A stretch of 64,000 nucleotides of DNA, from contig JAHFFE010000003.1 in NCBI GenBank assembly GCA_023248155.1, positions 108-64,107 of the forward strand, in the 5' to 3' direction. A program made the position numbers and the translations under genes. How positions within the stretch are numbered: position 1 is the stretch's first letter; every line of letters begins with the position of its first letter. The stretch is from Candidatus Omnitrophota bacterium. Lineage in GTDB: Bacteria; Omnitrophota; Gorgyraeia; 1-14-0-20-64-10. The notes beneath the pieces are model-generated. The model made no database searches. It saw only the letters and a list, made by a program, of their open reading frames with translations, and was not told the DNA's origin. Positions 9,582-18,293 of the stretch are shown here, piece by piece.

Positions 9582-11155
9582 TGCCTAAGATTACAATCGA
9601 CGGAAAAACAATTGAAGTTGCAGCCGGCACGACGGTAATCCAGGCGGCGGAGCAAGTAGGCGTTTTTATTCCGCGCTACTGCTACCATCCCGGTTTGTCG
9701 GTGGCGGGTAACTGCCGCATCTGTTTGGTCGATGTCGAGAAGGCCCCCAAGCTGCAGATTGCCTGCAACACGCCGGTCGCCGAGGGTATGGTCGTCAACA
9801 CCACCAGCAAGAAAGTCACGGATGGCCAGCAGAGCGTTCTGGAATTTTTATTGGCCAATCATCCGCTCGACTGCCCGGTCTGCGACCAGTCCGGCGAGTG
9901 CGACCTCCAAAACTTTTATATGCAGTACGGCCGGTACGATCCGCGTTTCGAAGAGCAGAAGAACAAGAAACCGAAGGCGGTTCCGATCGGGCCTACTGTT
10001 ATGCTCGATGCCGAGCGCTGTGTATTATGTTCGCGCTGTGTCCGCTTTACCGACGAAATTACCAAGACCGGTGAGTTCGGCATCTTCAACCGTGGTGAAA
10101 AAGCCGAGATCGGTTTGTATCCCGGTAAAACACTCGATAACGATTATTCCGGCAATGTGGTCGATATCTGCCCGGTGGGCGCTTTAACCGACCGCGATTT
10201 CCGCTTTAAGGCGCGTGTCTGGTACCTGTCGACGGCGCCGTCGGTCTGCAACGGCTGTTCGCAGGGTTGTAACATTGATGTGCATTATGTACTCGACCGC
10301 CCGCATCTGGCCGATGGCGCGCGCGTAATGCGCTTAAAACCGCGCTACAACGCCGATGTCAACCAGTGGTGGATCTGCGACGAGGGCCGTTATGGTTTTA
10401 AGTCGGCCGATCAGGACCGCATCGAGAAAATCTCCTTAAAGGGCGCTGTGGCTGCCTGGGATATCGCGCTTACGCAAATCGCCACGGCCGTCACCAAATT
10501 AAAAGCAGCCAACCAACTTTCCGCGATGGCGGTTATTCCGTCGGCACAGTTAACGATCGAAGACCTTTATGCCGTCAAGAAATTAACGGATCAGCTTCCG
10601 GGCGTTGTTTGTACGGCGCAGGTTCCGCCGCTGCCGGGCAAGTCAGACGATCTTTTGATGAAGGCCGATAAAAACCCGAACAGCGCCGGCGTTGCGTTGC
10701 TCGAACTTGATAAAACTCCGGCCAGTTCCATTATTGAGGCGGCAGTTTCCGGGCAGATCAAGATTCTCTGGGTGATCGGGCAGGACCTTGTGAAATTATT
10801 TGGCGAGGAGAAGGTGAAACAGCTGGCGCAGAAAGTGGAGCTGTTCATCTATCAGGGGCCGAATACCAACAAAACTTCTTCGTACGCGCATGTTGTTTTA
10901 CCGGCGTCGCATTATCTGGAAAAAGACGGCACCTTTATCAATGTTCAGAATCGTGTTCAGCGGATTGGTAAAATTCTTCCGGCACTGGGCGATTCCAAGG
11001 CCGACTGGCAGATTGTTGCCGCGCTGGCCGCCAAGCTGGGGTTAACCGCCGGCTGGAAATCACTGCCGGAGCTTTTTGTTGCTGCCGCTGCTGAGGTGAA
11101 GCCGCTCAATGGACTGACCTATGAAAAAATTGGTCAGCAGGGCTTCACGGTATGA
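9581..11155 (+). CDS. nuoG: NADH-quinone oxidoreductase subunit G (short form, ~524 aa)
   Basis: N-terminal 2Fe-2S/4Fe-4S motifs (CYHPGLSVAGNCRICLV, HPLDCPVCDQSGECDLQ, CVLCSRCVRF). Start taken at MPKITIDGK (ATG overlapping the upstream stop). The C-terminal molybdopterin-like domain is truncated compared with ~700-900-aa NuoG. Confidence 0.85.
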   Translation: MPKITIDGKTIEVAAGTTVIQAAEQVGVFIPRYCYHPGLSVAGNCRICLVDVEKAPKLQIACNTPVAEGMVVNTTSKKVTDGQQSVLEFLLANHPLDCPVCDQSGECDLQNFYMQYGRYDPRFEEQKNKKPKAVPIGPTVMLDAERCVLCSRCVRFTDEITKTGEFGIFNRGEKAEIGLYPGKTLDNDYSGNVVDICPVGALTDRDFRFKARVWYLSTAPSVCNGCSQGCNIDVHYVLDRPHLADGARVMRLKPRYNADVNQWWICDEGRYGFKSADQDRIEKISLKGAVAAWDIALTQIATAVTKLKAANQLSAMAVIPSAQLTIEDLYAVKKLTDQLPGVVCTAQVPPLPGKSDDLLMKADKNPNSAGVALLELDKTPASSIIEAAVSGQIKILWVIGQDLVKLFGEEKVKQLAQKVELFIYQGPNTNKTSSYAHVVLPASHYLEKDGTFINVQNRVQRIGKILPALGDSKADWQIVAALAAKLGLTAGWKSLPELFVAAAAEVKPLNGLTYEKIGQQGFTV

Positions 11156-12231
11156 TCTGGGATATCGTTATTAAACTGGTGATCGCAGGGGCCGTTTTCT
11201 TTTTCGTGTTGAACCTGGCCGGCGCGCATACCTGGCTCGAGCGCAAGCAGTCGGCCGTGATGCAGGACCGCATCGGCGCCAATCGCGCCACGCTGTTCGG
11301 CCAGCGGCTGCTCGGCATTCCGCACTCGATTGCCGACGCCGTCAAGATGTTCACCAAAGAAGATTTTATTCCGGCCAATGCCGATCCATTCCTGCATACG
11401 CTGGCTCCATTCCTATCGGTATTTTTTGCAATGGTGGCGTTTGCCGGCATTCCGTTTGGCGATCATCTCATGCTGGGCGGGCGGATGATTGAATTGCAGG
11501 TGGCCAAGGTCGATGTGGCACTGCTCTATATTTTCGCGATGCTCTCGCTGGGCGTGTACGGTGTGATTCTGGCCGGCTATGCTTCGCGCAGCAACTACGC
11601 ACTGCTGGGTGCCATGCGGGCGTCAGCGCAGATGATCTCGTACGAAATCGCGCTGGGCGCCGGGATTGCCGGCATTGTAATGATTTACGGCACGCTCGAT
11701 CTGCAGGAAATGGTTCGCGCGCAGGGTGGGTTGGCCTGGGGTTTTCTGCCGAAATGGGGCATCTTTTTACAGCCGGTGGCGTTCTTTATTTTCCTGACCG
11801 CCGCGCTCGCTGAAACCAAGCGTACGCCGTTTGATCTTCCGGAAGGTGAGTCTGAAATCATCGGTTACTTTGTGGAATACAGCGGCATGAAATTCGGCAT
11901 GTTCTTTTTAACCGACTTCGTGGAAACCATTTTGGTGGCCTGCCTGGCGACGACGCTGTTCTTCGGCGGGTGGCAGATCCCGGGTCTCTCGGTCGCCGGG
12001 TTTAATTTCTTCGGACATCTGATCGCGGTTAACCCGGTTATTTACGCATTATTGGGTGTCATGAGCTTTACGCTGAAGGTGCTGATCTTCTGCTGGCTCT
12101 TTATGGCGATCCGCTGGACATTACCCCGGTTCCGCTATGATCAGTTAATGCGATTGGGCTGGCAGTACCTGTTTCCGATCGCGATCGCGAATGTGGTAAT
12201 AACCGGCCTTATTCTGGCCCTGGTAAAATAA
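11152..12231 (+). CDS. nuoH: NADH-quinone oxidoreductase subunit H
   Basis: Polytopic membrane protein with NuoH motifs (ERKQSAVMQDRIGANRA, YEIALG, PFDLPEGESEIIGYFVEYSGMKF). Confidence 0.9.
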   Translation: MIWDIVIKLVIAGAVFFFVLNLAGAHTWLERKQSAVMQDRIGANRATLFGQRLLGIPHSIADAVKMFTKEDFIPANADPFLHTLAPFLSVFFAMVAFAGIPFGDHLMLGGRMIELQVAKVDVALLYIFAMLSLGVYGVILAGYASRSNYALLGAMRASAQMISYEIALGAGIAGIVMIYGTLDLQEMVRAQGGLAWGFLPKWGIFLQPVAFFIFLTAALAETKRTPFDLPEGESEIIGYFVEYSGMKFGMFFLTDFVETILVACLATTLFFGGWQIPGLSVAGFNFFGHLIAVNPVIYALLGVMSFTLKVLIFCWLFMAIRWTLPRFRYDQLMRLGWQYLFPIAIANVVITGLILALVK

Positions 12232-12878
12232 TGGCAATCCGTAAGCGCGAGCTGACATTCTGGGAAAAATTATATTTGCCGCAGATCTTTTCCGGTTTGA
12301 AGCTGACGATGAAACATTTCTTCGTTAACCTCTTTATTCACATGGCGCACCGGCTCGGTTTAATGAAGAACAGTTCGGCGGCCGTGACGATTCAGTACCC
12401 CGAAGAACGGCGCTGGCTGGCTCCGCGTTTGCGCACGCGCCATCGGTTGATGCTGCGCGAAGAGGGGACCCCTCGCTGCGTGGGCTGCATGATGTGTGAA
12501 ACGATCTGCCCGGCCAAGTGTATTACCATCGTAGCGGGTGAGCACCCGGACCCGAATGTCGAAAAATACCCGACGCGGTTCGATATCGACCTCGGCAAGT
12601 GCGTTTACTGCGGTTATTGTGTTGAGGCTTGCCCGGAAGATGCGATCCGGATGGATACCCAAATCCTGGACATCGCCGCTTACTCCCGAGACGCGATGAA
12701 GCTCGATATGCACGAACTGCTCAACCCAACATTGCGCAAGCCGCTTAAAGAATGCGAGCTTAAATTTCCGCACAAGTGCGCCATCCATGACGGTAAGATA
12801 ACCGGCAGCTGGGATGCCGTCTATGGCAAAGGCCCCAAGAAGTCCAACCAGTTCGAGTCTGAAACACCCTCGCACTAA
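12231..12878 (+). CDS. nuoI: NADH-quinone oxidoreductase subunit I (with ~60-aa C-terminal extension)
   Basis: Two 4Fe-4S ferredoxin motifs (CVGCMMCETICP, CVYCGYCVEACP). Confidence 0.88.
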   Translation: MAIRKRELTFWEKLYLPQIFSGLKLTMKHFFVNLFIHMAHRLGLMKNSSAAVTIQYPEERRWLAPRLRTRHRLMLREEGTPRCVGCMMCETICPAKCITIVAGEHPDPNVEKYPTRFDIDLGKCVYCGYCVEACPEDAIRMDTQILDIAAYSRDAMKLDMHELLNPTLRKPLKECELKFPHKCAIHDGKITGSWDAVYGKGPKKSNQFESETPSH

Positions 12879-12901
12879 TCCGTCTGGGGTATAATAACCC
12901 C

Positions 12902-13912
12902 ATGGATACTCAGTGGATATTGCCTGCGGTTATTGTGGGTGCTATTTTTCTGGCTGAGATTCTCCCGCCTTTGTTGGTAAAAACCCGTTTGTTGAAACTC
13001 CCCACTGAATTATCTAGTTACAAACTGTTTTTCAGAACAGTACGCCAATTTTCTATTCGATTTCTTATTGCAGCCGTTGTGCTGGTCATTATTTTTGTTC
13101 GCCCCCAGTTCCTCGCTTTTATTCCTGCTCAGTTTGGGCTTTTTGTTTTTTATGGAATTTTATCCTCGGTAATTATTACCGTTCTTGTGTATAGAACTGT
13201 GCCTGTATTGGGAACCCTTTGTCCTCAGTGCGGAAAAAAACTGAAAAAACATGATAACGAGCCCGATACGATTGAATCGATTCTAATCAGGAAGCCGTGC
13301 CCGCAATGCGGATTAAAATTCGCGAAACCAGTTGATTCCGAACGAATGGCAGAGGAAGGAGAAAGGTCATTCTTCGATTATCTTGCTCTTTCTTTCGGAA
13401 ATAACTCTAAGTGTTCTATCTGTGGACAGCCCGGTCGGGATAATTTTGAAGATGGCAGGGGAAAGGAAAAACGCCTTTGCAGGGATCATGTCGTCAGTGA
13501 GCTGGAGAAGGAATTTCTCGCGTTCGACAAGAAGATGGTGGTGGTTTATCCGGGGCTGGAAGATCGCAAGAAGGCTTTTTATGTTTATCAGTACTACACG
13601 ACCGCCGAGATTAAGAAATTTAATATGAAGGAGATCGTGGGCGATTTAACCGAAAGCGGATTGGCTGCCATTGGCGGAGAGTGTAAAAAGTGTTCAGGAA
13701 AGGCGAGTGTGGCTTATTTCGGCAAGGGAACTTTTCGCTGGGAAGACGACTATCCAAAGCTGGAAGAAATTGACCATGCTCCTGAAATTCTCTGCCGCAA
13801 ATGTACTTTTAAGCAGATCAGGGAATCACTGCGGAGTTTTCAGGGATATTTTAATGAACCGGTCACTTCGCCCCATAAGGATGAAGGGATCCAATTGCCT
13901 TGGACGCTTTGA
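12902..13912 (+). CDS. hypothetical membrane protein with multiple CxxC zinc-ribbon-like motifs
   Basis: 336 aa. ~4 N-terminal TM helices are followed by a soluble domain with CPQCG(x21)CPQCG, CSICG ... C, and CKKC ... CRKC. No family recognised. The DNA is AT-richer than the nuo genes. Confidence 0.5.
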   Translation: MDTQWILPAVIVGAIFLAEILPPLLVKTRLLKLPTELSSYKLFFRTVRQFSIRFLIAAVVLVIIFVRPQFLAFIPAQFGLFVFYGILSSVIITVLVYRTVPVLGTLCPQCGKKLKKHDNEPDTIESILIRKPCPQCGLKFAKPVDSERMAEEGERSFFDYLALSFGNNSKCSICGQPGRDNFEDGRGKEKRLCRDHVVSELEKEFLAFDKKMVVVYPGLEDRKKAFYVYQYYTTAEIKKFNMKEIVGDLTESGLAAIGGECKKCSGKASVAYFGKGTFRWEDDYPKLEEIDHAPEILCRKCTFKQIRESLRSFQGYFNEPVTSPHKDEGIQLPWTL

Positions 13913-13928
13913 CCAAAGGAGAGAATAA

Positions 13929-14234
13929 ATGAACGCTCAATCATTAAAAATACCGGTGATTGTCTCATGCGTTATGTTGTTGATCGCGATTATTGGCGAT
14001 GCGTCCTCCGGATACTATACGTTGTTGCGATTAGTGGTGTGCGGAACAGCGGGTCTTTCGGCCTGGCTTGCCAAAGAGCAGAAAAAGGATGTCTGGTTAT
14101 GGGGTTTGATTCTTATCGCGTTGGTCTTTAATCCGATTGTTCCTGTCCGGTTCGACAGGGACCTGTGGGGGATAATCAGTTTTTGCGCCGGGGCTGCCCT
14201 CTTTGTTTTCTATATGCAGAATAAGCCCCGCTAA
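13929..14234 (+). CDS. hypothetical small membrane protein (3 predicted TM helices)
   Basis: 101 aa, hydrophobic segments VIVSCVMLLIAIIGD, LLRLVVCGTAGLSAWLA, LWGLILIALVFNPIV, IISFCAGAALFVFY. Confidence 0.45.
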   Translation: MNAQSLKIPVIVSCVMLLIAIIGDASSGYYTLLRLVVCGTAGLSAWLAKEQKKDVWLWGLILIALVFNPIVPVRFDRDLWGIISFCAGAALFVFYMQNKPR

Positions 14235-14320
14235 ATTTGCCGCGAAGGCTATAAAAGGACGAGCCATGAATTTGCGCCGTACCGGTACCGGGTTCGGAGG
14301 GGACAGGTTAGATAGCTAAG

Positions 14321-14545
14321 ATGCGACTACAGGTGAAGGTAGTGCCCCGGGCTAAGAAGCCGGGCGTTGAACAGCTCGCTGACGGTACCTGGAAAGTTTC
14401 TGTATCTGCCCCGGCCGAAGATGGCCGGGCGAACGCCGCGGTTATTGAAGCGCTTGCCAAACATTTCGACACTCCAAAAAACTCCATCCGAATTATCCGC
14501 GGGGAAACCAGCCGCATCAAACTGCTCGAGATTGCCTCAACTTGA
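14321..14545 (+). CDS. DUF167 (YggU/UPF0235) family protein
   Basis: 74 aa (VKVVPRAKKPG ... VSVSAPAEDGRANAAVIEALAKHF ... IRIIRGETSRIKLLEI) matches the YggU pattern. Confidence 0.65.
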   Translation: MRLQVKVVPRAKKPGVEQLADGTWKVSVSAPAEDGRANAAVIEALAKHFDTPKNSIRIIRGETSRIKLLEIAST

Positions 14546-14697
14546 CATCGCAAAATGCGACCAGTCATGGTTCGATAGGCTCACCACGACCGGATAATTA
14601 AGATCTCCGATAAAATGATTTGGGAATGATGTCTATCCTTGATATTGCTGAATACACACAAATATTGTAATATAAGAATTTGGACGGTGGATTGACA

Positions 14698-14717
14698 ATA
14701 TAACTTAGGAGTTATAT
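14698..14717. promoter_or_regulatory. perfect 8-bp inverted repeat ATATAACT-TAGG-AGTTATAT; candidate antitoxin operator overlapping the promoter/RBS of the toxin gene
   Basis: Palindrome sits 5 nt upstream of the higB-like ATG, between TTGACA (14692-14697) and a TATACT -10-like hexamer (14715-14720). It overlaps an AGGAG. Confidence 0.35.
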
Positions 14718-14721
14718 ACTT

Positions 14722-15066
14722 ATGAGTGCGAGGGAAGTGGTTTATTATTTGGATGATAAGGGCCGGTGTCCGGTTCTTGAGGAGTTAGATCGACTGACTC
14801 CGAATGAGCGGGGTAAGATTCTCGCTTATATTTCGCTGCTCGAAGAGCAGGGTGAAGCGCTTCGCCGGCCGATTGCCGATTATGTAGGGGATAAGTTATA
14901 TGAACTTCGGCCAAAAGCGCATCGTGTGCTTTATTTCTTTTATGTTGAGAGGCAAGTGGTTATTCTGCATTTGTTTCGAAAGAAGACGGATAGGCTTCCT
15001 GAAAAGGAGCGGCAGGTTGCGTTGGAGCGAATGAAAGATATTATTCAGCGTGGAGGGATAAAATGA
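14722..15066 (+). CDS. type II toxin-antitoxin system RelE/ParE-superfamily toxin (HigB-like)
   Basis: 114 aa. The sequence VVYYLDDKGRCPVLEEL ... GDKLYELRPKAHRVLYFFYVERQVVILHLFRKKTDRLPEKE fits the phage-derived killer-protein family that pairs with XRE antitoxins. Confidence 0.75.
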   Translation: MSAREVVYYLDDKGRCPVLEELDRLTPNERGKILAYISLLEEQGEALRRPIADYVGDKLYELRPKAHRVLYFFYVERQVVILHLFRKKTDRLPEKERQVALERMKDIIQRGGIK

Positions 15067-15374
15067 AACGTGTTCAATTGATAGCGCATAAGGAAGTTCT
15101 CGGGAAATATCTTAAAGATGAGAAATTCCGCAAGGATTACGAACAGGAGCTTGAGAAGCTGCGCATCGTGCACGCGTTGGTTAGTCTTCGGGAACGCCGG
15201 GGATTAACGCAGGCAGCTCTCGCTCGACGAATGCATGTGACCCAGCCATTTATTGCCAAGCTGGAATCCGGCCAGATACGGAATTTTAATCTGGAAACTT
15301 TAGTGAAAGTAGCTGTTGCGCTGGATAGTGAATTGGAAGTGCGATTTAGACCGCATATCGCTCGTGCGGCATGA
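15063..15374 (+). CDS. HTH XRE-family antitoxin (HigA-like)
   Basis: 103 aa with an HTH (LRERRGLTQAALARRMHVTQPFIAKLESG). 4-nt overlap with the upstream toxin gene. Confidence 0.75.
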   Translation: MKRVQLIAHKEVLGKYLKDEKFRKDYEQELEKLRIVHALVSLRERRGLTQAALARRMHVTQPFIAKLESGQIRNFNLETLVKVAVALDSELEVRFRPHIARAA

Positions 15375-15381
15375 CAGGGTT

Positions 15382-16818
15382 TTAGAAGATGTGCTGGATG
15401 GAGCGGATGGAAATCGCCAGGAACGGATACTGCCAAATTCCCAGCACGAAGATTCCAATCAGGCAGGCAACGATCGACATCTTCATTGTGGTACCGATTT
15501 TGATCGGAGTAGCATCAACCGGTTCGTCGGCATAAAGCGTTTGGACGACCCGCAAGTAGTAGTAGAGTGAAATTACCACAGCCACCGCACCAATAATTGC
15601 CAGCGTTAAATAACCCTGTGACAAGGCACTTAAGACCAGTAGGAACTTTCCGAAGAATCCCGCCATCGGCGGAACACCTGCCAGCGATAATAGACCGATG
15701 AACATCGCCGCCGCCAAGAACGGTGACCGCTTTGAAAGCCCCGCGAACGATTTAATTTCATCGGAACCGGTTTGCAATGTAACCGCTGTAATTACGAGGA
15801 ACAACACCAGGTTTGTGAACAAATAGCCGAGCAGGTAATAGGAAACCGCTGCCGAGCCGATATCGACGCCGGCAGTAATACCCATCAATAAATAACCGGC
15901 ATGGCCGATTGATGAATAAGCCATGAATCGTTTGATATTGGTTTGCGGGATCGCGCAAAGATTGCCGTACAAAATGGTGGCTCCGGATGCGAATACCAGC
16001 ACGCTGTTCCAGGCCATCGAGAACGGCAGGAACAGTTCCTGCAAAATCCGCAGCGCCACCAAAAATGCCAGCGCCTTCGAGCCGACCGACAAGAATGCGG
16101 TGACCGGCGTGGGTGCGCCCTGGTAAACATCGGGCGCCCAAATTTGGAACGGTACCACTGCTGCTTTAAACAAAATGCCCGCCAGTACCAGCAAGATGCC
16201 GAACACCAGGCCGGCCGGTAAAGTCTGCGCGCGCAGAGACATCGCGTGGATCGTTTCAAAGTGCAGGGAACCGGTGGTGCCGTAAATAAAGGCGATGCCG
16301 TACAAGAACAGCGCCGAAGAAAGCGAGCCGAGCACGAGGTACTTCAGGCCGCTCTCGAGCGATTGCAGATTGGTATGCAGATAAGAGACCAGCACATAGA
16401 GCGTAATGGCGACCAGTTCGAGCGAGATGAATAGCATCAGGAAGTTGGCCGATGACGCGGCCAGGAACATACCGAGCACGGCGATTAAGAACAGCAGATA
16501 AAATTCGCCATGCGCGCGGTCAACCGCTTTTCCGAATTCGCGCGCCAGCACCAGCGCCACGATACCGGACACCGTAAAAATGCCCTTAAAAAATAGCGCC
16601 ATCGTATCGACGCGGAACATGCCGCTGAATAGTTCATGCGAGCCGCCTTCTTTGGCCAGCAGAAATAAAATGGGGAACAGCGGCAGCATGCCGGCGATGG
16701 CGATTAAGCCCATCAGCGGATGTTTCTCTTCGCCCCATTTTAGGTCCAGCGCCAATAGCAGGAAGATGATGGTGCTGAGCCATACCTCGGGTAATATCCA
16801 GAAGAGGGTGTGCATCAT
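15382..16818 (-). CDS. nuoN: NADH-quinone oxidoreductase subunit N
   Basis: 478-aa antiporter-like subunit (FLMLFISLELVAITLYVLVSY ...). Confidence 0.88.
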   Translation of the reverse strand: MMHTLFWILPEVWLSTIIFLLLALDLKWGEEKHPLMGLIAIAGMLPLFPILFLLAKEGGSHELFSGMFRVDTMALFFKGIFTVSGIVALVLAREFGKAVDRAHGEFYLLFLIAVLGMFLAASSANFLMLFISLELVAITLYVLVSYLHTNLQSLESGLKYLVLGSLSSALFLYGIAFIYGTTGSLHFETIHAMSLRAQTLPAGLVFGILLVLAGILFKAAVVPFQIWAPDVYQGAPTPVTAFLSVGSKALAFLVALRILQELFLPFSMAWNSVLVFASGATILYGNLCAIPQTNIKRFMAYSSIGHAGYLLMGITAGVDIGSAAVSYYLLGYLFTNLVLFLVITAVTLQTGSDEIKSFAGLSKRSPFLAAAMFIGLLSLAGVPPMAGFFGKFLLVLSALSQGYLTLAIIGAVAVVISLYYYLRVVQTLYADEPVDATPIKIGTTMKMSIVACLIGIFVLGIWQYPFLAISIRSIQHIF

Positions 16819-18293
16819 TTTAAGTGCGCCAGAATATTCGGTGTTGCCGTGGAAATAATTTCAAGCAGCGAGCGCGGCCAGATACCAACGATCATGAGTG
16901 CCGCCAGTAAAATGAGGTACGGAATTTTTTCAAAGTTAGTGGCGTCTTTTAACTCGGCCCATTTCGGATTGAGCGGGCCGAAGAAAGCGGTACGTACCGT
17001 CCGCAGCATATAAAACGCGGTGGTGACGATGCCGAAGATGGCAGCCAGCGCCGACCAGCGATAAACATTCCACGACGCGAAGAAGATCAACAGTTCGGAA
17101 ACGAAGTTGGCGAAGCCAGGCAAACCGCTGGATGCCATTGCTGCCATGATGAACAGTGTGGAAACAAACGGAATCTGCCGTGCCAGACCGCCCCATTCGG
17201 CGGTGATGCGGGTATGCGTTTGATCGTAAATATGGCCGATTGCCGCGAAGGCCAGTGCCGTCATGATGCCGTGCGCGAACATCAGCAGTACCGCGCCGTT
17301 TAATCCGACCGGGTTCATGCAGGCCAGGCCCAGCAATACATAACCCATATGGCTGGATGACGAATAACCGATTGTGAATTTAATATCTTTCTGCGCCATT
17401 GCCACGAAACCGCCGTATAAAATGTTCATGATCGCGATGATCGCCACCCAGGGCATCCAGAATTGCGCGCCGGCGGGCAGTAACTGCATGGCGATGCGCA
17501 AAATGGCGTAGGAGCCCAGTTTCATCAGCACGCCGGCATGCAGCATGCTTACAGCCGATGGCGCTGATGCGTGGCCGAGCGGCGACCAGGAATGCAGAGG
17601 CCACATTGGCGCGATCACGCCGAAACCGAACAGCAGGAACGGGAATACCCAGACCTGCAGTTGAGTCGGAAGCGGATTCTGCATCAAGTACCGCTCTAAA
17701 AAGATCAGGTCAAAACTTTGCGCGCCGCTGGCCAGATAAACGATTGAAAGACCGATGAGCGCCAACACCGCGCCGGCGGTCAGGTAAAGCGTCAGCTTCA
17801 TCGTGGCATATTCTTTGTCTTTCGATCCCCAGATGCCGATCAACGGGAACATCGGGATCACAGCCATTTCGTAGAACAGGTAGAAAAAGAACAGGTCGAG
17901 TGAAGCGAAGACGCCGGCCACGCCGCCGATCAAGAGCAGGTAGAAGATGTAATATTCTTTGACGCGCTTCTGCACGCGGTAGGAAACCAGTACGCCGGTA
18001 AACGAGCAGAGCGAGTGCAGAAGAACAAGCACGACGCTGATGCCGTCGAGGCCCACCTGATAATTAATGCCGAGCGTGGGAATCCAACTGATTTTTTCCA
18101 GACACTGATAGCCGCCGAGCACTTTATCGTAATGGTAAACGCAATGCAGGGCGATCAACAGCGGCACCGCCGTAAATGCGGTGGCGATCCAGCGAACCCA
18201 CTTGTCGCGCCCCTGCGGAACCATCATTAAAAGGATGGCGCCGATGATCGGCGATAAAACGAGTGCGCTTACTGGACCCATCGGAATACCCAT
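16815..18293 (-). CDS. nuoM: NADH-quinone oxidoreductase subunit M
   Basis: ~490-aa antiporter-like subunit (LFFFYLFYEMAVIPMFPLIGIWGS ...). Exact start uncertain (18293 or 18281). Confidence 0.88.
   Translation of the reverse strand: MGIPMGPVSALVLSPIIGAILLMMVPQGRDKWVRWIATAFTAVPLLIALHCVYHYDKVLGGYQCLEKISWIPTLGINYQVGLDGISVVLVLLHSLCSFTGVLVSYRVQKRVKEYYIFYLLLIGGVAGVFASLDLFFFYLFYEMAVIPMFPLIGIWGSKDKEYATMKLTLYLTAGAVLALIGLSIVYLASGAQSFDLIFLERYLMQNPLPTQLQVWVFPFLLFGFGVIAPMWPLHSWSPLGHASAPSAVSMLHAGVLMKLGSYAILRIAMQLLPAGAQFWMPWVAIIAIMNILYGGFVAMAQKDIKFTIGYSSSSHMGYVLLGLACMNPVGLNGAVLLMFAHGIMTALAFAAIGHIYDQTHTRITAEWGGLARQIPFVSTLFIMAAMASSGLPGFANFVSELLIFFASWNVYRWSALAAIFGIVTTAFYMLRTVRTAFFGPLNPKWAELKDATNFEKIPYLILLAALMIVGIWPRSLLEIISTATPNILAHLK

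Noticed and set aside
12885-12900. Hairpin ggggtataataacccc after nuoI as a terminator
   Set aside because: The stem is only 5 bp with no downstream T-run. It more plausibly reflects a TATAAT-like -10 element for the next gene than a terminator.
14279-14288. Perfect palindrome CCGGTACCGG upstream of the DUF167 gene as a regulatory operator
   Set aside because: It is a single short GC-rich palindrome (KpnI-like site) without a partner half-site or a promoter context. It is too likely to be a chance occurrence.
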